Assembly: GCA_036149055.1 (NCBI GenBank) | Contig: JAYZQJ010000125.1 | Coordinates: 25,455-89,454, forward strand | DNA length: 64,000 nt | From: Myxococcota bacterium | Lineage (GTDB): Bacteria; Myxococcota_A; Polyangia; Polyangiales; Sandaracinaceae | Direction: 5' to 3' | In this document: in pieces, positions 56,760 through 64,000 of the stretch | How the letters are laid out: every line of letters begins with the position of its first letter | How positions within the stretch are numbered: position 1 is the stretch's first letter | Made by a program: the position numbers and the translations under genes | Notes under the pieces: model-generated | What the model saw: only the letters and a program-made list of their open reading frames with translations | Told to the model about the DNA's origin: nothing | Database searches by the model: none

Positions 56760-58481
56760 ATGCCGCGGAAGCTCACCGGGGCGCTCCTCTTGTGGGCCCT
56801 CATGGTCCCGGCGACGGCGACCGCCTGGACGGACGCGGCGGTGCGCACGGTGCACGCGCACGTCGAGGTCGCCCCCGACGCCTCGGCCCGGGTGGCGCTC
56901 CAGGCCAGCGTGCGCATCCACGGCGGGTGGCTCGAGGGTCTGGAGCTCGCGGGGCTGGACGAAGACCTCGTGCTCGAGGAGGAGACCGAGCCCTGGGCGG
57001 TGGACGAGGAGGGCGCCCGCTACCGGCCGCGCCTCACCCTGCTGAGCGGAGGGCGGGTCCAGATCGCGTTCCCGGGGCGCTCACCGCGCCGCGGCACGGT
57101 CACGATCGGCTTCGCGTATCGAACGTCGCTCGCCCAGCGCGGCACCGAGCCGCTCGAAGGCGAGGATCGCGTGCGGGTCTCGTGGACGCTGCCCGGCTGG
57201 AGCGCGGGCCTCGACGGCGTACAGATCGAGATGCTGGTCCCCGACGGCTCCACGCTCGGGCCGCGCGCCGAGTCCGACTCGGGCGCCGAGCTCGAGGAGA
57301 GCGCCGAGCCCCTCGACGGCCAGACCCTGCTCCGCTGGCGGCGGGCGCACCTCCCCCGCACGCTGGCGTGGACGGTGGCCGCGGACGTGCCGGCCGAGGC
57401 GATGCACGAGACGTTGCGCGGGCCGCCGAGCCTGCCGGCGCCGCCGCCGCCCCGTGGAGGGGTGGGCGAGTCGATCGCGCGCGACCCGACGCCGGTGTGG
57501 GTGGGCCTGGCCGCGCTCCTCGGCCTCCTCGCGCTGCTGAAGCTGGTCGCGGTCGCGCGGCTCGGTCAGCGGAGCCGCGCGGTCCCGCCCCCGCTCGTCC
57601 CGATGCCGACGTGGATCCGCGTCCCCACCATCCTCATCGGCTGCGCCACCGGCGGCTGGCTGGGCGTCTGGGTGTCCAGCTGGGCCGCCTTCGGCGCGCT
57701 CGGCGGCGTGGCGCTGCTCGCCGCGTTCCGACCGGGGGGACCGCCGCCTTCGTCTCGGCTGGGCGCCTGGAGGCCGGCCGACGCGCGCTGGGTCGCCGCC
57801 GCGCGCCGGGCCGCCTGGCGTAGGGCGATCGCGCCGAGCGGGCTGCTCGACGTGACGACCGGGCTCGGCGCCCTGCACGCGGCGCTGTGGCTCGCGGCGC
57901 CGCTCTCGAGCGCGTGGATCACCTGGCCGGTGGGGCTCGACGTCTTGATCCTGGCCGCCGCGCTCCCGTTCCCGATCCTCGCGACCGGCACCGCGCTCTC
58001 GCTGCCGCGCGGCCCGGCCGAGACCCTGCGCCGGCTCCTCGCGTTCACCGCGCGCGCCCGCACCCTGCCGGAGGGCGTCGCGCTCCGGCCGGTGATGCAC
58101 GTCGACGTGCGCGGCGAGGTCCAGGACGCGCGGGTCCGGACGGTGCTCGCGGTGCGACCGCGCGGGCTGCTCCGGCTCGACTTCGCGGTCGCCCAGGTCG
58201 CGCACGCGGGCGGCTGGGACAGCGAGCTCCAGCTGCTGGTGGTCACCCGGGCCGACAGCGCGGCGGAGCGCGCCCTCGCCGAGGCGCTGCCCGCGCTCGA
58301 GCGCGTCGAGTCGCGGGGCGGGCGGCGTGTCCTGCGGCGGGCGCCGGCGACCCTCCTGGAGCTCGAGCGGGTGGTCACCGCGCTCGCCGACTGCCCCGAG
58401 GCGCCCGCGCAGCCGCGCGGGGTGGCCGCCCAGGCCGAGACCGTCCGCGACCTGCCCGCGCCCCGCGCCGTCGGCGTGTGA
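56760..58481 (+). CDS. Membrane protein with an N-terminal exported domain (DUF2207-like)
   Basis: Signal peptide, beta-rich domain, several TM helices. Confidence 0.6.
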   Translation: MPRKLTGALLLWALMVPATATAWTDAAVRTVHAHVEVAPDASARVALQASVRIHGGWLEGLELAGLDEDLVLEEETEPWAVDEEGARYRPRLTLLSGGRVQIAFPGRSPRRGTVTIGFAYRTSLAQRGTEPLEGEDRVRVSWTLPGWSAGLDGVQIEMLVPDGSTLGPRAESDSGAELEESAEPLDGQTLLRWRRAHLPRTLAWTVAADVPAEAMHETLRGPPSLPAPPPPRGGVGESIARDPTPVWVGLAALLGLLALLKLVAVARLGQRSRAVPPPLVPMPTWIRVPTILIGCATGGWLGVWVSSWAAFGALGGVALLAAFRPGGPPPSSRLGAWRPADARWVAAARRAAWRRAIAPSGLLDVTTGLGALHAALWLAAPLSSAWITWPVGLDVLILAAALPFPILATGTALSLPRGPAETLRRLLAFTARARTLPEGVALRPVMHVDVRGEVQDARVRTVLAVRPRGLLRLDFAVAQVAHAGGWDSELQLLVVTRADSAAERALAEALPALERVESRGGRRVLRRAPATLLELERVVTALADCPEAPAQPRGVAAQAETVRDLPAPRAVGV

Positions 58482-58484
58482 GCC

Positions 58485-59513
58485 TCACCAGAGCTGCATG
58501 CTCGGGACGTACATCCAGCTGGGCATGAAGAGCAGGACGAAGAGGAGCAGCGTTCCGGCGGCGATGACCCGGCGGAGCGGGGTGAGCTTCTCGTCGTCGG
58601 TCGGGGGGTGGTCGGCGCCGGAGACGCGCACGAGCACGCCGAGCACGAGGGCCCAGAAGATCCACTGCGCGCCCGCCATCGCCTCCCCGTGCAGCTCCGC
58701 GCCGCGCTCGCCGGCGGCCCAGGCCTGCCAGACGTACCAGGCGCTCACGCCGATCCCGATGAGCGGGAGCAGGGCGTGGGCGACGCGGGAGTAGCGGTTC
58801 TGGCGCTCGCCGAAGAGCGCGTAGGCGACGTGCCCGCCGTCGAGCTGCGCGACCGGGATGAGGTTGATCTGCGTCACCAGGAGCCCCGCCCAGCCGGCGA
58901 AGGCGGTGGGGCTGAGCATGATGTCTTGCCCCTCCGGGATGCCGCCGCGGAGCACGAGGAGCATGAAGTCGTAGAGCAGGTTGTGCCCCTCGAAGAACAT
59001 CCCTTCGGGCATCGTCGCCGGCAGGGGCTCGATCGCGGACTGCAGGATTCCGATCGCGAGCACGGGGACGGCGATCACCATGCCCGCGAGCGGACCGGCG
59101 GCGCCGATGTCGAGCAGGGCGTTGCGGCTCCCGATCTCGCCGCGCATCCGGATCACCGCGCCCAGCGTGCCGAGGAGGAAGATGGGCGCCGGGATGAAGT
59201 AGGGCGGTGAGATCTCGACCCGATGGATGCGGCCGGCGACGTAGTGGCCCATCTCGTGGGCGAGCAAGATCGCCATCAGCGGAACCGAGAAGACCCAGCC
59301 CTCCCAGAGCGCCGGGTTCGGGTTGGCGTCGCTGGTCACCATCTGCTGGCCGATCCAGGTGGTCGACCAGAGGGTCAGCCCGAACAGGATCAGCGGCACG
59401 CGCCACTCGAGCAGCGCGCTCTCGGGCGGCGCTTCGACTTCGGACAGCTCTGCTTCGCTCATGACGCGGGCTCGGGCAGGAGGGGGCGCACGCCCCCTCG
59501 GGACATCGGACAT
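58485..59513 (-). CDS. Site-2 protease (M50); start may be 59462
   Basis: HEMGH, AAGPLAG, NLIPVAQLDGGH. Confidence 0.93.
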   Translation of the reverse strand: MSDVPRGRAPPPARARVMSEAELSEVEAPPESALLEWRVPLILFGLTLWSTTWIGQQMVTSDANPNPALWEGWVFSVPLMAILLAHEMGHYVAGRIHRVEISPPYFIPAPIFLLGTLGAVIRMRGEIGSRNALLDIGAAGPLAGMVIAVPVLAIGILQSAIEPLPATMPEGMFFEGHNLLYDFMLLVLRGGIPEGQDIMLSPTAFAGWAGLLVTQINLIPVAQLDGGHVAYALFGERQNRYSRVAHALLPLIGIGVSAWYVWQAWAAGERGAELHGEAMAGAQWIFWALVLGVLVRVSGADHPPTDDEKLTPLRRVIAAGTLLLFVLLFMPSWMYVPSMQLW

Positions 59514-59529
59514 TGAGTATGGGGCGCGT

Positions 59530-60057
59530 TCAGCCGAGCGCCCGCTTCAGGGCGGCGAGGCGCACGGAGAGGCGCGCGTCGACCTCGCCGAGCTCGCTCG
59601 TCACCACGCAGTCGCCGCGGGAGAGGGTGGCGTCGGGGACCAGCTCGGCCTCGAGACCGGAGAGCGCGCCGACGTCGTCCGGGTGCACGCGCACCTTCAC
59701 CGCGGTGGCGCGGCGCACCCGGGAGAGGGCGTCCTCGACCAGCCCGCGCACCCGGGCCGGGTCCGCCTCGATCGCGTCCCGCACGAGGTGGCCGGCCACC
59801 GCCAGGGCGAGCTCCAGCGTCGCGCTCCGCGCCTCCTCCAGCGTGGCCTGGCGGGCGCGCTCCAGCGCCGCCCATCCGGCGGCGAGCTCCGCCTCGAGCT
59901 CCTCGCGCACCCGCGCCTCGAGCCGCTCCCGGGCCTCGCGCTCGAGGGCGTCCGCCCGGGCCCGAGCCTCGGCCACGATGCGCTCGGCCTCCGCGTGGGC
60001 GTCCACGACCTCGGCCGGGATCACCTTCGCGCCGTCCCCGCGGATCACCCGCGCCAC
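59530..60057 (-). CDS. FliH/SctL-family stator protein
   Basis: AERIVAEAR coiled coil, KVRVHPDD, DATLSRGDCVVTSELGEVDARL. Confidence 0.85.
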   Translation of the reverse strand: MARVIRGDGAKVIPAEVVDAHAEAERIVAEARARADALEREARERLEARVREELEAELAAGWAALERARQATLEEARSATLELALAVAGHLVRDAIEADPARVRGLVEDALSRVRRATAVKVRVHPDDVGALSGLEAELVPDATLSRGDCVVTSELGEVDARLSVRLAALKRALG

Positions 60058-60632
60058 GGCGCCTCCCACGCGACGCGCAGCTCGTGGCCGATCCGGCGCC
60101 ACGCCCGGCTGGTCGCGTCTCCGCCCAGGCGTCGCTCCGCGCCGAGCAGCAGCGCGCCGAGGACGCGGCGCTCGCCGCCCAGCTTCTGGGCGAAGCGGCG
60201 GAGGGCGGCGGCGTGCACGTGCGCCTCGGCCCGGGCGGCGGCCGCCTCCTCGTCGGCCGCGGCATCGGGCTCGGCCGGCGCGGCGAGCCGGCGCAGGGTC
60301 GCCTTCAGCCCCGGCGTGACCCGGAACCCCGGCCGCACCGGGCTCGCGGCGAGCCACGCGCGGCCGACCTCCTTGGGCACGTCGGCGGCGAGGAGGGCCC
60401 GGGCCCGCGGCGGCAGGTCGGCGTCCTCGGCCACCGCCCGGCGCTGCTCGGCGAGCCGCTTCACCTCGCGCCGCCGCTGGGTGCGGTCGAGCGCGGCGAG
60501 CGAGCGCATCCGGGCCTCGAACGGCTCGGCCAGCGAGGGCGCGAGCCCGCCGCGCGCGCCGGCTCCGTCGCGGTCGCCCTGGGCGGTCGCGGCCAGCGCC
60601 ATGCCGTCGAAGAAGGCGGTGCTCACGGGCAT
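60045..60632 (-). CDS. Hypothetical protein (SctK-like position)
   Basis: Helical Ala/Arg-rich ORF overlapping the sctL-like start; identity suggested by position only. Confidence 0.5.
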   Translation of the reverse strand: MPVSTAFFDGMALAATAQGDRDGAGARGGLAPSLAEPFEARMRSLAALDRTQRRREVKRLAEQRRAVAEDADLPPRARALLAADVPKEVGRAWLAASPVRPGFRVTPGLKATLRRLAAPAEPDAAADEEAAAARAEAHVHAAALRRFAQKLGGERRVLGALLLGAERRLGGDATSRAWRRIGHELRVAWEAPWRG

Positions 60633-60683
60633 CACCTGTAGCACGCCGCTCGCGGTCCCCTCCACCGCGGGTATACTGGGCGC

Positions 60684-61625
60684 GTGACCCGGCTCTCCAT
60701 CGCCACGACTCTGCTGGCGCTCCTCGCGAGCGCGCCGGTCGCGGCGCAGGACGGCGGCACGATCGTGTGCGACGACGAGCCGGTGGCGCGGCAGGCCCTC
60801 GAGGTCTTCCCGGCCGACAACGCCACCGCCGTGTCGCTCGACGCCCCGGTGCGCGCCCGCTACTCGCCGGGGTACTTCGAGCCGGGCGGCCCGGGCGGCG
60901 ACCCGACCACGATGATCACGCTCCTCCGCTGCCCGAGCAGCGGCTCGACCTGCTTCACCGCCGACTGCGCCGACGGGGAGGGCGAGTTCGTGCCCGGCCG
61001 GGTGCAGGTCCTCGGCGAGGAGCTCGTCTTCATGCCCAGCGCCGGGTGGGAGCCCGAGACCGCCTACCGCGGCATCGCGCGCGGGGTCGACGCCACCCTC
61101 GAGTTCAGCTTCTGCACCGGCACCGGAGACGACGCCGGCCCGCCGCGGCTCGGGGTCATCAACTCGGTCACCTCGACGGTGGTCGACGAGGAGCGCTGCG
61201 ACGCGCCGCGAGGCAGCTACCGCATCAGCGTCTTCTTCGAGCCGGCGACCGAGCTCGGCCCGCCCGGCTCGGTCGAGTACCTGCTCTATCAGACGCGCGG
61301 GACCGACATCGACGGCCCGGTGCTGCGCGACCGGGTCCGGAACTTCGCGACCGACGAGATCCCGATGGCGTTCGCGCTCCCGCCCGACCAGGCCACGAGC
61401 CCGATCTGCGTGACCGTCGCCGCCGTCGACGGGGTCGGCAACGTCGACTACGCCGACAACGAGGGCGGCGAGGTCTGCGTCGATCCGGTGCAGGGCAATT
61501 TCTTCGAGTCGCTCTGCAGCGTCTCCGCCCCCGGCGGCCGGGCCCGATGGACCCTGATCCTCGCCGCGGCCGGCTTCATCGTGCTGCTCCTCGTGGTCCG
61601 GCTGCGCAGTCGCTGCCGACCCTGA
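60684..61625 (+). CDS. Secreted Ig-like (Big_5-type) protein with a MYXO-CTERM-like tail
   Basis: Signal peptide; FPADNATAVSLDAPV; CSVSAPG..TM..RLR tail. Confidence 0.75.
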   Translation: MTRLSIATTLLALLASAPVAAQDGGTIVCDDEPVARQALEVFPADNATAVSLDAPVRARYSPGYFEPGGPGGDPTTMITLLRCPSSGSTCFTADCADGEGEFVPGRVQVLGEELVFMPSAGWEPETAYRGIARGVDATLEFSFCTGTGDDAGPPRLGVINSVTSTVVDEERCDAPRGSYRISVFFEPATELGPPGSVEYLLYQTRGTDIDGPVLRDRVRNFATDEIPMAFALPPDQATSPICVTVAAVDGVGNVDYADNEGGEVCVDPVQGNFFESLCSVSAPGGRARWTLILAAAGFIVLLLVVRLRSRCRP

Positions 61626-61693
61626 TCGCCGCCGACCCTGACGGCGAGGGAACTCCCCGCCCCCGCGCGTGTCGGACGGCGCGGAGGTGAGAG

Positions 61694-62209
61694 ATGGCAA
61701 TTCGTACTCCAGGGGCGCGGCTGCTGCGCGACGTCCCGCTGCGGTTCGTGGAGGGGAGGAAAGGCGGGCGGAAGTCGGTCGACGCGCCGATCGCGCTCAT
61801 CCCGTTCATCGACCTGCTGCTGACGGTGCTGGTCTTCCTGCTGATGTCGTTCTCGGCCGATGGGCTGAGCGCGCAGGCGGACCTGCCGCGGGCGTCGCAC
61901 GGCGAGGCCCTCGAGATCGCGCCGGTGGTCACCGTCGATCCGCACGGCGTGCTGGTGGACGGGCGGCGGGTGGCCGATGTCCCGGGCCTCGCGGCCGACG
62001 CGCGCCTCACCCGGATCGAGCCGCTGGTCCGCGACCTCGAGATCGCGCGGGACAACCACGAGATCCTGCACCCCGGTGAGCCGTTCCCCGGCCGGGTGAT
62101 CGTGCAGGCGGACCGGGGCACCGACTTCCGGGTGCTCCGGAAGGTGCTCTTCTCGGTGGGCCAGGCCGGCTACCCCGGCATCCAGCTGGCCGTGCTCGAG
62201 CCGGGCTGA
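61694..62209 (+). CDS. ExbD/TolR-family protein (AglS-like)
   Basis: LIPFIDLLLTVLVFLL with the conserved Asp; QADR; GGAGGT RBS. Confidence 0.88.
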   Translation: MAIRTPGARLLRDVPLRFVEGRKGGRKSVDAPIALIPFIDLLLTVLVFLLMSFSADGLSAQADLPRASHGEALEIAPVVTVDPHGVLVDGRRVADVPGLAADARLTRIEPLVRDLEIARDNHEILHPGEPFPGRVIVQADRGTDFRVLRKVLFSVGQAGYPGIQLAVLEPG

Positions 62210-62222
62210 GCCGAGAACATGA

Positions 62223-62254
62223 ACGACGCGGCGGCCCGAGAGCCGCCGCGTCGT
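62223..62254. terminator. Perfect 13-bp hairpin between convergent genes
   Basis: ACGACGCGGCGGC-ccgaga-GCCGCCGCGTCGT. Confidence 0.75.
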
Positions 62255-62274
62255 CATTCGGACCGAGAGTGGGT

Positions 62275-63786
62275 CTATTCGCAGCGGCCGGTGGTGGCGC
62301 TGCAGGTGGTGCCGGGGCCGCAATCCCCGTCGGCGCACGCCGGGAGGCAGGCGGTGGGGCCGGTGGGCGCGCTCGGGAGGCAGGCGTAGCCGGGGCGGCA
62401 GTCCGAGCCGCCCACGGTGCAGCCGTCGACGCAGACGCCGAGCTCGGGATCGCCGGCGCCGTCGTCGACGCAGACGCCGCCGCTCGGGCAGGTCGCGCCC
62501 GGGCCGGTGCCGGTCAGGCGGCAGCCCGGGTAGCTGCAGGTGCCAGCCGGCCAGCCGTCCGAGGCCTCCGCGAGGCAGCGGCCGCCGGGGCAGTCCTCGC
62601 CGCTCGCGCAGGGCTCGCCGAGGCGGGCCTCCGCGAAGGGCTCCGTGCACAGCCCGGTGCCCGGGTTGCACTCGAAGCCGTCGTTCCCGCAGACGCTCGA
62701 GTCGTCGCAGCCGGGGACGCAGGCGAGCGCGCTGCTGGCGTCGGCCGGGTCACTCGGAGCGCAGTCGTAGCCCTCGCGACAGTCCGTCGCGGACGCGCAG
62801 CTCTCGAGGCAACGTCCGACACCGTCGGGGGTGGCCACGCAGACACCATCACCCTCGCAGCCCGTATCGGCGGCCTCCGGGTCGCACCCGGACTGCACGC
62901 AGTAGGAGTCGGGGTAACCGGTCTCGAACTCGCTCAAGCACTCGCCGCCGGTGCAGGGACCGCGCGGCGGATCCCCCGAGCAGACCTGGCCGAGGTTCGC
63001 CGGATCGAACGCCGGGAGGCAGACCGCCCGATCGGGGGCGCCCTCCGGGGTGGTGCAGGCGTAGCCGGCCCGGCAGTCGTCGTCGGTCTCGCAGCCGTCG
63101 ATGCAGATGTCCGGACCCCGCTGCGGGAAGCAGTGAGCGTCGTCCGGACACCCGGTGTCGCCGTCCGCGTCGCACCCGAACGTCACGCAGGCGCCGCCAG
63201 GGAAGCCGGAGTCGTCTTCAGAGGCGCAGAAGGCGCCCTCGGCGCAGTCGCCCGAGCTCGTGCACGCGCCGCCGAGCGGCGCCGTCAGATCGATGCACTG
63301 TCCGGCGCCGGTGAACCCGCTGCCCACGACGCACGTGGCGCCGTCACCGCAGTCCGTGTCGTCTTCGCAGCCCGGGAGGCACACCGCCGGGAGGCGCATG
63401 CTGTCCGCGCAGCCGTGGCCCGGTCGACACTGGTCGGGGGCGCCCGGCTCGCAGGCGCGGAGGCACTGGCCGCCCCCGCCGCCGGCGCTCACGCAGACGG
63501 AGCCGTCGGGGCAGTCGGCCTCGGTGTCACAGAAGAGGCTGCAGTAGCCGTCCGGGAAGGGGAGGAACCCGAACAGGTCTTCGAGACACTCCTCGGCCGG
63601 GACGTCGCAGTCCATCGAGCCCCGGCACGCGTCTCCGACGTTGGAAGGGGGAGGGCCGGAATCGGGGGGAGGCAGCTCGGCGTCGAAGACGATGGCCGCG
63701 TCGGGCATCTCGTCGTGGGACTCCGAGCAGCCGGCCGCCAGCAGCAACGCGCCCGCCAGCGCGAGGGTGACGATGTTCAGCTTCAT
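62275..63786 (-). CDS. Cys-rich repeat lipoprotein (four modules)
   Basis: AAGC lipobox; four G..C....C....C..E...G(F/Y/W)P...C modules. Confidence 0.85.
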   Translation of the reverse strand: MKLNIVTLALAGALLLAAGCSESHDEMPDAAIVFDAELPPPDSGPPPSNVGDACRGSMDCDVPAEECLEDLFGFLPFPDGYCSLFCDTEADCPDGSVCVSAGGGGGQCLRACEPGAPDQCRPGHGCADSMRLPAVCLPGCEDDTDCGDGATCVVGSGFTGAGQCIDLTAPLGGACTSSGDCAEGAFCASEDDSGFPGGACVTFGCDADGDTGCPDDAHCFPQRGPDICIDGCETDDDCRAGYACTTPEGAPDRAVCLPAFDPANLGQVCSGDPPRGPCTGGECLSEFETGYPDSYCVQSGCDPEAADTGCEGDGVCVATPDGVGRCLESCASATDCREGYDCAPSDPADASSALACVPGCDDSSVCGNDGFECNPGTGLCTEPFAEARLGEPCASGEDCPGGRCLAEASDGWPAGTCSYPGCRLTGTGPGATCPSGGVCVDDGAGDPELGVCVDGCTVGGSDCRPGYACLPSAPTGPTACLPACADGDCGPGTTCSATTGRCE

Positions 63787-64000
63787 TCGATCGATCTCCG
63801 AAGGTCCGCGGTGGCGCCGAGAGTCAGCGCCGCCCCCCGAAGCCTGTGTCGGCGCCTCGCGGACGGCGGGGGGCAGGGCGGCGGCATCTTAGCAGCGTGC
63901 GGCGAATATGCGCGTGATGGATCGGCGAGCGCGACGTCGCGTCCAGCGCGGCGGGCCGACGACGAAATGCTTCAGCATTTCGGAGGAGCGACTGGCGCGC

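Noticed and set aside
62275..63786. TraA or RiPP precursor
   Set aside because: Generic Cys-rich lipoprotein modules; no PA14-like domain, no MYXO-CTERM and no maturase nearby.

Overview
A very GC-rich, gene-dense bacterial chromosomal segment. It is most likely from a myxobacterium (Polyangia/Sandaracinaceae-like), inferred from MYXO-CTERM-like tails, CglF, a TraB-like OmpA protein, FHA and Ser/Thr kinase genes, and many Cys-rich lipoproteins. About 55 real genes and one tRNA-Leu(TAA) can be supported. Most long ORFs in the supplied track are antisense or off-frame high-GC shadows, and many true starts had to be moved. I saw no CRISPR array, integrase, transposase or rRNA. Best leads: (1) a MerR/excisionase-type HTH fused to a photoactive yellow protein (PYP) domain retaining Y42/E46/C69, sharing a CATG start palindrome with a divergent small repeat protein (33.3-34.2 kb); (2) an operon placing glycogen synthase among ATP-grasp ligases (three in the operon, a fourth nearby), an esterase and a cyanophycinase/PepE-like protein (0-10 kb); (3) a cassette beside the rare-codon tRNA with an RlmN-like radical SAM lacking the resolving Cys, an AbiEii-like nucleotidyltransferase with no antitoxin, and a TIGR02996-LRR protein (24-28.5 kb); (4) a 1376-aa protein with an internal MYXO-CTERM plus a second lipobox; (5) a DEDDh-WYL fusion, leaderless-type promoters and an apparent ATC start. 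All calls come from motif recognition by eye; no database searches were run.
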